Shown here one piece after another: positions 28,321-38,392 of a stretch of DNA of 64,000 nt; the first letter of the stretch is position 1, and the number at the start of each line of letters is the position of its first letter. The notes under the pieces were generated by a model that had not been told where the DNA came from, did no database searches, and saw only the letters and a program-made list of their open reading frames with translations. Made by a program: the position numbers and the translations under genes. Source of the stretch: Candidatus Anaeroferrophillacea bacterium (GTDB lineage: Bacteria; Desulfobacterota; Anaeroferrophillalia; Anaeroferrophillales; Anaeroferrophillaceae); assembly GCA_016933675.1 (NCBI GenBank), contig JAFGAM010000126.1:16905-80904 (forward strand). The letters run 5' to 3'.

Positions 28321-29267
28321 TGGCCGATTTCCGCCTGCCGCCCTTTTTCCGCCGTCTCCGGCGGTCGCTGCTGCCGGCTTTGGCGGTTTTTCTCCTGTCG
28401 CCGCCGGCGGTTTTTCCCGTTACCGCCGCCCTCCGGGTGGCGGTATCCATCCCTCCCCAGGAGTGGTTCGTGCGGCAAATCGGCGGTGATGACGTCACCG
28501 TCGTTACCATGGTTCCCGCGGGTACCGACCCCCATACCTGGGAGCCCCGCCCGTCGCAGTTGCGAGCCCTGGCAGCGGCGGATATCTATTTTACCATCGG
28601 CATCGCCTTCGAGGACATCTGGCTGCCGCGGCTGCTGGCGGGGAGCGACCGGGTGACGGTGGTGGCCGCCGATGCCGGGGTGGAGAAAATCTCCATCCAT
28701 CATCGGGCGATGCACGGAAACGACCCCTCCCACGCCGGGCGTCATGACGGGGAGGCTGGTCACGTTCACCAGGCTGTCGCCGATCCCCATGTCTGGCTGT
28801 CACCGCGCGCCGCCCGGCGCCTGGCAGCCAACATGGCTGCTGCTTTCGCGGCCCGCGATCCGGAGCATGCCGCTGCCTGCCGGCGTCGGCATGATGCCTG
28901 CCGGGCGGCCATCGACCGGTTGGATGAGGAAATCCGTCGTTTCCTGGAAGCGGGACCGGAAACCTGTTTTCTGGTTTATCATCCCGCCTGGGGGTACTTT
29001 GCCCGGGATTACGGCCTCGAACAACTGGCGGTGGAGCACCACGGAACCCGGCCCGGCCCCCGGGCACTGGCCGGACTCCGGGAACGCATCGACCGCGGCG
29101 GTATCCGGACGATGATCGTGCAACCGCGTGACCGGGCCACGGCGGCTTCGGCTGCCGAGATTCTCGGGGTCGGGATGGCCGCCGCCGATCCCCTCGCCGC
29201 CGACTGGCCCGCGATATTGCGCGATTTCGCCCGCCTGGTGCGGGATCATGGCGGGAGATGCCCGTGA
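28320..29267 (+). CDS. znuA: metal ABC transporter substrate-binding protein (ZnuA/TroA family)
   Basis: signal peptide; His-rich loop HHRAMHGNDPSHAGRHDGEAGHVH followed by DPHVWLSP motif. Confidence 0.8.
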   Translation: MADFRLPPFFRRLRRSLLPALAVFLLSPPAVFPVTAALRVAVSIPPQEWFVRQIGGDDVTVVTMVPAGTDPHTWEPRPSQLRALAAADIYFTIGIAFEDIWLPRLLAGSDRVTVVAADAGVEKISIHHRAMHGNDPSHAGRHDGEAGHVHQAVADPHVWLSPRAARRLAANMAAAFAARDPEHAAACRRRHDACRAAIDRLDEEIRRFLEAGPETCFLVYHPAWGYFARDYGLEQLAVEHHGTRPGPRALAGLRERIDRGGIRTMIVQPRDRATAASAAEILGVGMAAADPLAADWPAILRDFARLVRDHGGRCP

Positions 29268-30022
29268 ACGACACACCGGCGGTGCTGATGACGGGGGTAT
29301 CGTTTGCCTTCGACGATCATCCGGTACTGGAAAACATCGACCTGTGTATCGGAGCCAATGATTTCTTCGGTATCATCGGCCCCAACGGCGGCGGCAAGAC
29401 GACCCTGCTGAAGCTGATGCTCGGTCTGCTGGAGCCCGGTCGGGGCAGGGTGCAGGTTTTCGGCCGGCATCCCCGGGAGGTACGCGACATCCTTGCCTAC
29501 GTTCCTCAGCTTGCCGTCGACGGCGGTGATTTTCCCATTACCGTTGCCGATGTGGTGCTCCAGGGACGTCTCCAGCCGCGCCGGTTCGGCTTCCGTTTCC
29601 GTGCCGTTGACCGTCGGCGGGCGGAAGAGGAACTGGAACGGGTGGGGATGACGGCGTATCGCCGCCGGCCGCTGGACGAGTTGTCCGTCGGGCAGCGGCA
29701 GCGGGTTTTTCTCGCCCGCGCCCTGTGCCGATCGCCGCGGCTGCTGCTGCTCGACGAACCCACCGCGAGCCTCGATGCCGGCAGCCAGACCAACCTTTAC
29801 GAGATTCTCCGGGAACTCAACCGGAGCATGGGGATTGTCCTGGTGACCCATGATATCGGCGTGGTATCCCGGCATGTCCGCCGCCTGGCCTGCGTCAACC
29901 GTATGCTCATCACCCATGACGAAGGACTGATCACTCCGGAAATGCTGGAAGAAACCTATCACTGCCCGGTGGATCTCATCGCCCACGGGGTGCCGCACCG
30001 GGTACTGCACGATCATGGGTGA
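29258..30022 (+). CDS. znuC: metal ABC transporter ATP-binding protein
   Basis: Walker A GPNGGGKTT, ABC signature LSVGQRQRV, Walker B LLLLDEP. Confidence 0.85.
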   Translation: MPVNDTPAVLMTGVSFAFDDHPVLENIDLCIGANDFFGIIGPNGGGKTTLLKLMLGLLEPGRGRVQVFGRHPREVRDILAYVPQLAVDGGDFPITVADVVLQGRLQPRRFGFRFRAVDRRRAEEELERVGMTAYRRRPLDELSVGQRQRVFLARALCRSPRLLLLDEPTASLDAGSQTNLYEILRELNRSMGIVLVTHDIGVVSRHVRRLACVNRMLITHDEGLITPEMLEETYHCPVDLIAHGVPHRVLHDHG

Positions 30023-30055
30023 TGATGGTTTGCCGACCGTGGCGTTGAAATCCGC

Positions 30056-30895
30056 ATGGAAACCGTCCTGCACCTGATCCGCGATATCGCGGCCCATGAA
30101 TTCCTCCAGCGGGCGTTGATCGCCGGGGCGCTTGTCAGCCTCGCCGGCGGGATCATGGGCACCCTGGTGGTGGTGAACCGGCTGGTGTTTCTGGCCGGCG
30201 GCATCGCCCACGCCGCCTTCGGCGGTGTCGGTCTGGCATCGCTTCTGCGGCTGCCGGTGCTGCCGGTGACGGCGCTCTTCACCCTCGCCGCGGCGGGCGT
30301 CATGGGCCGGCTGGCGCTCTGGGGGCAGGTGCGCAACGATACCATCATCGGTGCCCTGTGGGCCGTGGGCATGGGGTTCGGGGTGATCTGTATCGAACTC
30401 TCCCCGGGATACCATCCCGACCTGATGGGCTACCTTTTCGGTAGTATTCTGGCGGTGTCGCGCGCCGATCTCTGGCTGCTGGCGCTCATGGATCTCCTCA
30501 TCGTGGCGTCGGTCGCGGGGTATGCCGAGGAACTGATCATCGTCTCCTGCGACGAGGAGTATGCCCGTGTTGTCGGTCTGCCGGTAGACTGGATCCGGGT
30601 CGGGATGCTGCTGCTGGTGTCGCTGGCGATCATCATGCTGGTACGGGTGGTGGGCCTGATCATGGTCATCGCCCTGCTGACCATTCCCGCTGCCGCCGCC
30701 GAGAGATTTACCCGTTCCATCCGGCGCATGATGGCCTACGCCACCCTGTACGGTCTGGCCTGTACCCTGACCGGGCTCGGGATATCGTTCGTGTTTGACC
30801 TCGCTTCCGGTGCCGTCATCGTCATGACGGCGGCGGCGGGCTATCTGCTGCTCATGGCCGGCCGGCGGTTGCGGCCGGACCGGGGGGCCGCCTGA
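30056..30895 (+). CDS. znuB: metal ABC transporter permease (ABC-3 family)
   Basis: 279 aa; 8-9 TMs; ZnuB/TroC-like. Confidence 0.8.
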   Translation: METVLHLIRDIAAHEFLQRALIAGALVSLAGGIMGTLVVVNRLVFLAGGIAHAAFGGVGLASLLRLPVLPVTALFTLAAAGVMGRLALWGQVRNDTIIGALWAVGMGFGVICIELSPGYHPDLMGYLFGSILAVSRADLWLLALMDLLIVASVAGYAEELIIVSCDEEYARVVGLPVDWIRVGMLLLVSLAIIMLVRVVGLIMVIALLTIPAAAAERFTRSIRRMMAYATLYGLACTLTGLGISFVFDLASGAVIVMTAAAGYLLLMAGRRLRPDRGAA

Positions 30896-31196
30896 TTTCG
30901 CCGGCTCGGCGGTCGGAATCGGTGTCGCGAGAGCCGGGAGCATCTCATTGCGGTTCGCCCGGCAGTTGAGGTGCCGACTGATGGAATGCAGGGGTCAAGA
31001 AAGCGTTTTTTTTACCGATGAACGCACATACGGATATCCGGCGCAGCCGCCGGGGTTGCGGTATGGTCGGGTTACGATCGACCATGATATGGCTTCGTAA
31101 CCATTCCGCGCTCTTCTCCCGGGCGCAGCTGCACCTTGTAAGGCTGCGGCCGTCGCGGTTTACGGTTGTCTTTCCTGCATTGAGGTACATAAGGCC

Positions 31197-31595
31197 ATGA
31201 GCGAAAAAAGCGATTCCACCCTGGATGACGATATAGCCGATCAGCCGCTACTCGATAAACGGGTGATCGAAGGCATCCGGAACCTCAAATCGGGCCGCGG
31301 CGGCCTGCTGTCCCGCCTCTTTGCCGTGTACCGCAGCCAGTCGGTGCGGCTGTTCGCCGATATCGCCGCGGGTCTGGAGCATGGTGATGCCGAGGCGGTG
31401 CGCGTCGGAGCCCATACCCTCAAATCCGGCAGTGCCCAGGTCGGCGCCATGCAGATCGCCGCACTGGCGAAAGAAATCGAATACCGGACCGGAGAGAACA
31501 ACCTGGCGTCGGCCGGGGAACTGCTCGCCCGGATCGAGGAAACGTTTCGGCGCACGGAAAAGGAAATGATCCGGCAACTGGAGGAAATGGGGTGA
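31197..31595 (+). CDS. Hpt (histidine phosphotransfer) domain protein
   Basis: 132 aa; HTLKSGSAQVGA contains the conserved phospho-accepting His. Confidence 0.7.
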   Translation: MSEKSDSTLDDDIADQPLLDKRVIEGIRNLKSGRGGLLSRLFAVYRSQSVRLFADIAAGLEHGDAEAVRVGAHTLKSGSAQVGAMQIAALAKEIEYRTGENNLASAGELLARIEETFRRTEKEMIRQLEEMG

Positions 31596-33733
31596 ACTTC
31601 AACCTGTCGGACGATCAGGACGCGCCGTCGTCCGCCTCGCTGGCCCTGATCGTCGATGACGATCAGGTCATGCGGCTGCTTATCTCCGAGGCGCTCGAAG
31701 CCGAGGGACTGCGCACCGTGAGCGCCGGAAACGGTCGTGAAGCCCTGGAGCTGTTTATATCGGCACAGCCCGATATCATGTTGCTCGATCTCGTGCTGCC
31801 GGATCTCGACGGTTTCGAGGTTTGCCGGCGGATCCGGGAGGACCCGGAAAACGAACACCTCCCCATCCTGATGATCACCGGCCTCGACGATCTGGCAACG
31901 GTCAACCGGGCCTACCTTACCGGGGCCACCGATTTCATGCCCAAGCCGGTCAATATCATCATCCTCAGCCAGCGGGTGCACTACATGCTCCAGGCGAGCC
32001 ATTCGCTGGTCCGGCTGACGGAAAGCGAAAAGCGGCTGGCCAATGCCCAGCGGATCGCCAAACTGGGGCACTGGGAATGGGATATTATCGCCGATCGTCT
32101 GTACCTGTCGCGGGAGGCGGTCCACATCCTGGGCCTGGAGCAGGGGGGGAGCCGCACTATCGAGGATATCGTCACCGCGGTTCATGTTCAGGATCGGGAG
32201 ACGGTCCGCGGCGCCTTCGACCGTATCGGCGAAAAGGATACCTTCGTCGGTTTCGACTGCCGCCTCGATGCCTCGTCGCTGGACGAACGATTCGTTCATC
32301 TGCAGGGGGAAGTGACGTTTGACAATCAAGGTCGGCGGGCGGCCCTCGCGGGGACCGTTCAGGATGTTACCGAGCGGAAGCTGGCCGAACAGCAAATCCG
32401 GTACCTGGCCTATTTCGACAGCCTCACCGGCCTGCCGAACCGGCGCCTGTTCACCGAGCGGCTGCAGGAATCCATCGCCCGCTGCCGGCGGACCGGGTCG
32501 CAGATGGCCCTCCTGTTTCTCGATCTCGACCGATTCAAGCGGATCAACGACACCCTCGGCCACCATGCCGGTGACCGGCTGCTGGCCGAGGTCGCACGGC
32601 GGCTGAATACCTGCGTACGGGATATCGACGTGGTCGCCCGCGAAAACGATGACGAAGGGCTCGTGACCGTCGCCCGCCCGGGCGGAGACGAGTTCTCCAT
32701 CCTGCTGCAGAATATCGCCCGGCCGACTGATGCGGCCAAGGTCGCCCGTCGCATTCAGCAGGTGCTTCGCAAACCCGTCATGCTGGATGGGCAGCGGGTT
32801 TTTGTCACCGCCAGCATCGGCATCTCTCTGTTTCCCGACGACGGCAACGATATCGGCGATCTGCTGAAGAATGCCGACCTTGCCCTGTATCATGTCAAGG
32901 ACCACGGCAAGGACGGTTATCACTACTATTCCGCCGCCATCAATGATGGTGCGGTCAGCGAGTTCCATGTCGAGAGCGGCCTGCGCCAGGCGCTGGAGGA
33001 GGATCTGCTGTGTCTGATGTTTCAGCCCCAGGTCGATATCGACAGCGGTGCCGTGGTCGGGGCCGAGGTGCTGGTGCGGCTGAATCATCCCGATCTGGGT
33101 ATCCTGCCGCCGGACCGCTTTATCCACCTCGCCGAGGATACCGGCCTCATCGTACCGCTGGGCGAGTGGGTGCTGCGGCACGGCTGCCGGCAGTACATGG
33201 CCTGGCGGGCGGCGGGATTGCCGGACTTCCGGATGGCGGTCAACGTCTCGACGGTTCAGTTTCACCGGTCGGAGTTCGGCAACACCGTGGGCCGGACCCT
33301 GGTGGCCACCGGTATGCCGCCGGAGCGGCTGGAACTGGAGCTGACCGAGAGCATCCTGATGGACGACTCGGCTTCCCTGCTGGCAACCCTGGGGGCGCTC
33401 AAACAACGGGGTATCCGGCTGATCGTCGACGATTTCGGTACCGGCTACTCGTCTTTGCGTTACCTGAAGGTGTTTCCCCTCGACGGTTTGAAGATCGACC
33501 GTTCGTTCATCATGGATATTCCCCAGGATATCGATGACGTCGCCCTTACCGAAGCGATTATCGCCATGGCCCGCAGCCTGCGGCTGGAGGTGGTGGCCGA
33601 AGGGGTGGAAACCGCCGAACAGCTCGATTTTCTCCGCCGGCGGGCCTGTACCACCGTCCAGGGGTTCCGTTTCAGCCCGCCGGTCGACGCCGATACCTTC
33701 GCCAATCTGCTGGCGCGGGGCTTTCCGGTTTGA
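31592..33733 (+). CDS. response regulator with PAS, GGDEF and EAL domains
   Basis: 713 aa; REC (LALIVDDDQVMRL...DIMLLDLVLPDLDG); GGDEF (RPGGDEFSIL); EAL domain (EVLVRL variant; DDFGTGYSSL). Confidence 0.85.
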   Translation: MNFNLSDDQDAPSSASLALIVDDDQVMRLLISEALEAEGLRTVSAGNGREALELFISAQPDIMLLDLVLPDLDGFEVCRRIREDPENEHLPILMITGLDDLATVNRAYLTGATDFMPKPVNIIILSQRVHYMLQASHSLVRLTESEKRLANAQRIAKLGHWEWDIIADRLYLSREAVHILGLEQGGSRTIEDIVTAVHVQDRETVRGAFDRIGEKDTFVGFDCRLDASSLDERFVHLQGEVTFDNQGRRAALAGTVQDVTERKLAEQQIRYLAYFDSLTGLPNRRLFTERLQESIARCRRTGSQMALLFLDLDRFKRINDTLGHHAGDRLLAEVARRLNTCVRDIDVVARENDDEGLVTVARPGGDEFSILLQNIARPTDAAKVARRIQQVLRKPVMLDGQRVFVTASIGISLFPDDGNDIGDLLKNADLALYHVKDHGKDGYHYYSAAINDGAVSEFHVESGLRQALEEDLLCLMFQPQVDIDSGAVVGAEVLVRLNHPDLGILPPDRFIHLAEDTGLIVPLGEWVLRHGCRQYMAWRAAGLPDFRMAVNVSTVQFHRSEFGNTVGRTLVATGMPPERLELELTESILMDDSASLLATLGALKQRGIRLIVDDFGTGYSSLRYLKVFPLDGLKIDRSFIMDIPQDIDDVALTEAIIAMARSLRLEVVAEGVETAEQLDFLRRRACTTVQGFRFSPPVDADTFANLLARGFPV

Positions 33734-33995
33734 CCGCTCCCGGCGGCTGCGAGCCGGCGGCGCTGTCTGCACGCCGGTAGCCGCCGGCGTCTCGCCGTTT
33801 TGCGGTGGCGGTTCTGAGGTCGTCGCCGTGGCATCCCCATCATTACGATAAACAGTATTGACTTTGTTCGGTAAACATGGCACCATGCTTCCGGTGTCCG
33901 GATGACGGATAAGGATCTGCCGGGCTCCCGTTATCGGGATTGCCAGCCGCTGCCGGACGCCGGACTGCAATGTGATTTTCGACCGCGAGGTAGAT

Positions 33996-35216
33996 ATGCC
34001 GAACCATGCCGTAAAGATTATTGACAATGTCTACTGGGTCGGGGTGAACGATCATGAGACCCGGTTCTTCGAGGGTCTGTGGGCGCTGCCTGACGGCATG
34101 AGCTACAATGCCTACATCGTTCGGGGAAGGAATAAAACCGCCCTCATCGAACTGGTCAAGGACAGTTTTACCGAGGAGTTCTGCCGGCGGGTTGAAGAGG
34201 TGGTACCACTGGCCGATATCGATTACATCGTCCACAACCACCTGGAGCCCGATCACAGCGGTGCGGCGTCGGCAATATACCCGCGCTGTCCCCGTGCCGT
34301 CATCCTGGCGACAGCGAAGGGGAAAGACTTCATCGCGCAGTTCTACGGCGAAAGCGAGCGGGTTCGGGCGGTCGGGGAGGGCGACGAAATCGACCTCGGC
34401 GGCCGCACCCTGCGGTTCCTCAGCTATCCCTGGCTCCACTGGCCGGATTCCATGTTTACCTACCTGGTGGAGGACAAGGTCCTTTTTCCCTGTGACGCCT
34501 TCGGTGGCTTCGGCGCCGTGGACCGCGCCCTCTTCGATGATGAATGGGATCTCGAGGCCTACTGGCCCGAATCCCGCCGTTATCTCGGTACCATCGTCGC
34601 TTCCTACCTCAAGCACGTGGTCAAGGCGATTGATAATTGGGTAAAGGGGGGGATGGGGATCAACGTCCTGTGCCCGTCACACGGGCCGGTCTATCGCGCC
34701 AATCCCATGGCGATCATCTCCCGTTATCAGGAGTGGGCGCTGAACGAACGCGGCCGCAAGGTGGTGATGGTGGTCGGTTCCATGTGGGGCAATACCCACA
34801 AGATGGGTGAGGTGGTGCGTCGCCGACTGGTCGAGCGGGGCCTAGAGGTGTGCTACTTCGATGCCGCCACCGCCGAACCGGGACAGGTGATGGGGGCGAT
34901 GCTCAATGCCGGCGGCATCGTTTTCGGCGTACCGACCTATGACGCCTGCATCTATCCGCGCAGCGAGTACTTTCTGACCCTGTTCCGCACCAAGAAGAAG
35001 ACCGGCTACCCGGTGGCGGTGTTTACCCAGAACAGTTGGAAGGTGGATATCTTCCCCAAGGTGGAGGCCTATCTCCGCGATCTCAAGGCCGAGATTATCG
35101 GCCCCGTGGTCACCGGTCATGGGCGGCCGACCGCGGAAGTCACCCGTGAACTCGAGCTGCTGGCGAACAATCTGGCCTCCCGGATCACCAATCCCTGCGC
35201 CTGCCCGGTGGAGTGA
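33996..35216 (+). CDS. flavodiiron protein (metallo-beta-lactamase-like plus flavodoxin domains; FprA/ROO-type)
   Basis: ORF track starts at 33972; start taken at ATG 33996 after GAGGTAGAT; diiron motif HNHLEPDHSG; C-terminal flavodoxin signature VVGSMWGNTHKMGE. Confidence 0.8.
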   Translation: MPNHAVKIIDNVYWVGVNDHETRFFEGLWALPDGMSYNAYIVRGRNKTALIELVKDSFTEEFCRRVEEVVPLADIDYIVHNHLEPDHSGAASAIYPRCPRAVILATAKGKDFIAQFYGESERVRAVGEGDEIDLGGRTLRFLSYPWLHWPDSMFTYLVEDKVLFPCDAFGGFGAVDRALFDDEWDLEAYWPESRRYLGTIVASYLKHVVKAIDNWVKGGMGINVLCPSHGPVYRANPMAIISRYQEWALNERGRKVVMVVGSMWGNTHKMGEVVRRRLVERGLEVCYFDAATAEPGQVMGAMLNAGGIVFGVPTYDACIYPRSEYFLTLFRTKKKTGYPVAVFTQNSWKVDIFPKVEAYLRDLKAEIIGPVVTGHGRPTAEVTRELELLANNLASRITNPCACPVE

Positions 35217-35221
35217 AGGAT

Positions 35222-35590
35222 ATGAGCGATACATCGAAGTGTGAAAAATGCGGTGCCGCGGTCGATGCCGGTGAGCTGGTGGAACACAGCGGCCAGCACC
35301 TCTGCGAGGACTGTTACATGGACCGGGTATCGCCGCTCAAACCATGTGATCCGTGGGCGGTGCACAACGCCCGGGGAGCGAAAAACCTCGCAACACCGGA
35401 ACTTCTGCCGCTGCAGCGGCTGATGCTGGATGCCGTCACCGCGGCCGGGGCCATGGCGCCGGACGACCTCGCCGCACGGCTTGACGTACAACGTCCGGAA
35501 CTCGACAAGCAGTTCGCCGTGCTGCGGCACATGGAACTTCTCCGAGGGTTCAAGGGCGATGATGGTCGGGTTTACTGGTGCCGTTTCTGA
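35222..35590 (+). CDS. small zinc-ribbon plus winged-helix-like protein
   Basis: ATG 35222 after GAAGGA (ORF track starts at GTG 35213, overlapping the upstream stop); CEKCG...CEDC zinc ribbon; C-terminal segment resembles wHTH. Confidence 0.4.
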   Translation: MSDTSKCEKCGAAVDAGELVEHSGQHLCEDCYMDRVSPLKPCDPWAVHNARGAKNLATPELLPLQRLMLDAVTAAGAMAPDDLAARLDVQRPELDKQFAVLRHMELLRGFKGDDGRVYWCRF

Positions 35591-35625
35591 ATCGCCGGCG
35601 ATTGTCAGCCGCACCGACATTGGCC

Positions 35626-35657
35626 GGGGCCTTCCTCAGGGAAGGCCTTTTTTTGTT
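35626..35657 (+). terminator. intrinsic terminator
   Basis: GGGGCCTTCC-TCAG-GGAAGGCC followed by TTTTTTT. Confidence 0.8.
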
Positions 35658-35984
35658 TCTCGATCACTGTCTTCTTATTTCCCTCCGCCGAACCACTCTC
35701 TCGCCAAAAAAAGCGACTTCTTTTTTTGCGTTTCAGCCCCTGCCTCCCTCTGCCCCCATCCCGGTAGCCTTCCGGATGGCGGGGTAACATACCCCCTTCT
35801 TCGGTGTCTGCCCGGGCGTGCCGCCCGCGAACGGGCGTGGCACATTGAGTCGGCACGGCGCACTTCATGTACGCCGCATCCCTCGGGAAGGCCGTGCCGC
35901 GAATCCGTCGCCGTTACGGGACCACTTCATTGTGCCTCATTTTGGCATTTGTTTCGCTTTCCGCTTCTAAAGACTGTAAAAAAA

Positions 35985-37463
35985 ATGCCGATAAAGAAAT
36001 GGACGGAGAATGAGATCGCCCCGATTAATTTCCGCCAAATCATCTTGCCCCGCCCGGCCGGCAGATTGGACGCAGGGATCTTGTTGCAGATAAACGTACC
36101 GACCGAAGCTAAGCGGCTGCTGATCGTCGATGACAGTTCCGTCATCCGTGAAGGCCTGGCCAAGCAGCTCGGACATCTGCCCATTGATATTTCCCTGGCC
36201 CGCGACGGTCAGGAAGCACTCGATATGATTGCCGAGGGTGACTTCGATCTCGTTATCACCGATGTCGACATGCCCCGGGTCACCGGCATCGAACTTTGCC
36301 GCCGGTTGAAAGCAAACCGGCACACCTGCCACCTGCCGGTCGTCATCCTCAGCACCCTCGACGACAACGAAGACATCGAACAGGGCTTTCTTGTCGGTGC
36401 CGCCGCCTACCTGTCGAAGTCCGAAGCCCGTCAGGTGATCACCGAAACCATCGAGCGGGTCCTGCGCAAGGCCTCCCTCAAGCGTAATCAGATCGTACTG
36501 GTGGTCGATGATTCACCGACCATCCGGGCGGTCATCGACCGCGGCCTGCGGGAGGCGGGCTTCGCGGTCATCACCGCCGGAAACGGACGCCAGGCCCTCG
36601 AACTTATGCGGCGGCAGAGGCCGGCAATGATCCTCAGCGACATCAATATGCCGGAGATGGACGGTCTGGAATTCTGCCGGATGATCCACGCCGACCGCCT
36701 CCTGGCGGATATTCCCTTCGTGGCCATGAGCACCAACCGGGAACGGCCGCTGATGCGCCGCATGCTCCAGTGCGGTGCCGACGCCTACCTGACCAAGCCC
36801 TTCAATACCGATGAATTGGTCATTACCATCGAAAAACTGCTTTCCGACCGCCTGCTGCTGGCGATCAAGGAAAAGGAGCGGCTTGAGAGCGAACGCTCAC
36901 TGATGCTGGCCAGCATCACCAGTCTGGGGACCGCACTGGAGGCCCGGGATCCCTATACCCGGGGACATTCCGAAGCCGTGGCCCGGATCACTACCCGGCT
37001 TGCCGCGGCGATGAATATGGCTGCGGGCGACCTGGAAACCATCCAGTTGGGGGGGATGCTCCACGACATCGGCAAGATCGGGGTAACGGATCATATCCTT
37101 TTGAAGCCCGGGAAACTTACCGACTCCGAGTACGATGCCATCAAACGCCATCCCTCCATCGGCGGTGAGATCCTGCGTCCGGTACCCAGCCTGGCGCCGA
37201 TTCTGCCCATCGTCATCCACCACCATGAGCGTTTTGACGGCCGGGGCTATCCCGACGGGCTCAAGGGTGAGCGGATCCCGCTTTGGGCCCGCCTCACCGC
37301 CATTGCCGATACCTACCACGCCCTGACCAGTGATCGACCGTACCGCCGGGGCATGGCGCATGACCGGGCGATGGAAATTGTCATGGAAGTGCGGGGGACC
37401 CAGTTGTGTCCCGACTGCGTCGACCTGTTTCTGGCCCATCCGCCGCACCCCCCAACACCATGA
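35985..37463 (+). CDS. response regulator with two REC domains and HD-GYP domain (putative c-di-GMP phosphodiesterase)
   Basis: ORF track 35430..37463; start taken at ATG 35985 (MPIKKW; no strong RBS, so uncertain); two REC domains (LLIVDDSSVI...DLVITDVDMP; IVLVVDDSPTI...ILSDINMPEMDG); HD-GYP (HDIGKIGV...HHHERFDGRGYPDGL). Confidence 0.75.
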   Translation: MPIKKWTENEIAPINFRQIILPRPAGRLDAGILLQINVPTEAKRLLIVDDSSVIREGLAKQLGHLPIDISLARDGQEALDMIAEGDFDLVITDVDMPRVTGIELCRRLKANRHTCHLPVVILSTLDDNEDIEQGFLVGAAAYLSKSEARQVITETIERVLRKASLKRNQIVLVVDDSPTIRAVIDRGLREAGFAVITAGNGRQALELMRRQRPAMILSDINMPEMDGLEFCRMIHADRLLADIPFVAMSTNRERPLMRRMLQCGADAYLTKPFNTDELVITIEKLLSDRLLLAIKEKERLESERSLMLASITSLGTALEARDPYTRGHSEAVARITTRLAAAMNMAAGDLETIQLGGMLHDIGKIGVTDHILLKPGKLTDSEYDAIKRHPSIGGEILRPVPSLAPILPIVIHHHERFDGRGYPDGLKGERIPLWARLTAIADTYHALTSDRPYRRGMAHDRAMEIVMEVRGTQLCPDCVDLFLAHPPHPPTP

Positions 37464-37479
37464 CCGCGGACCCACACCC

Positions 37480-38100
37480 ATGAGCTTCGATGTCAATACC
37501 CCCATCCATATTCAGTTCAAGGGATTGAACCAGCGCCTGAAGAGCAGCATCATCGGCATCGATCCCGGCAACTTTCTGATCATCAGGAAACCGAAATCCT
37601 GTTCTCTCGATCTGGAACGGCTGGCCGTCGCTGGGGCCGACGTGGTGGTCCGCTACCTGCACCGGGGGAGTGTGTACGGCTTTCAATCAAGCATCATTCA
37701 TGTGGGCGAACAGCCGGTGCCGCTGTTTTTCATCCGTTTTCCCGACCGGGTGGAGGATCACAACCTGCGCAGTTACAAACGTATCGACTGCTACCTGCCG
37801 GCCCGAATGGAGATCGGCAAGATGGTCTTTCCCGGTGCCGTAATCGATATCAGCCGCGGCGGCTGCAGGGTTGTCACCGACCGGCGGAAACTCAGCGGTA
37901 TCGACCGTCTGCCCACGGTCGGCCAGGAGGCGTCCATTCAGCTCATGTTGCCTGGCATTCCCGATGCCATGCCCCTCTCAGGAGTGATCAAAAATCTCAC
38001 CGAGGACGATCAGGCAATAAAAAACGGGGTTGAATTCAGCGATATGAGCGGCAAAGTGAAGGTTGTCATTTATGGTTTTCTGGCCGGCGCCGGGGCTTGA
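37480..38100 (+). CDS. PilZ-domain c-di-GMP receptor with YcgR-like N-terminal domain
   Basis: ATG 37480; PilZ motifs RSYKR and DISRGG; N-terminal 100 aa resemble YcgR_N/PilZN. Confidence 0.65.
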   Translation: MSFDVNTPIHIQFKGLNQRLKSSIIGIDPGNFLIIRKPKSCSLDLERLAVAGADVVVRYLHRGSVYGFQSSIIHVGEQPVPLFFIRFPDRVEDHNLRSYKRIDCYLPARMEIGKMVFPGAVIDISRGGCRVVTDRRKLSGIDRLPTVGQEASIQLMLPGIPDAMPLSGVIKNLTEDDQAIKNGVEFSDMSGKVKVVIYGFLAGAGA

Positions 38101-38392
38101 GCCGGGTGACGCCGGAAGCGCCGGATCACCCCGGTGGAAACCGAACCTGCGCAATCACCCTGGAGGAAACCGATTGCCCACGCCATCGCGGTCAGTGCCG
38201 ACAAATTCCCTCGGTTGCATTTTTCCCGCGAACGTCGTACAACGGAAAATCAGCATATAGCCGCGGCCGGTCATGTTGTTCCGGCCGGCCTGCGGGAAGA
38301 ACCGGAGATGTCCGTCGTGAACACGCCAGGAATCTTCCTGTCGTGCCGCATCGCGTCGGTTCCGGGCAGTCGGGCGGAGGTGCCAATAAGCC

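Noticed and set aside
33878-33893. Sigma-54 promoters at TGGCAC 33878 and TGGCAC 35838
   Set aside because: The -12 element (TTGC with GC at the right spacing) is absent in both, so the TGGCAC matches are probably fortuitous.
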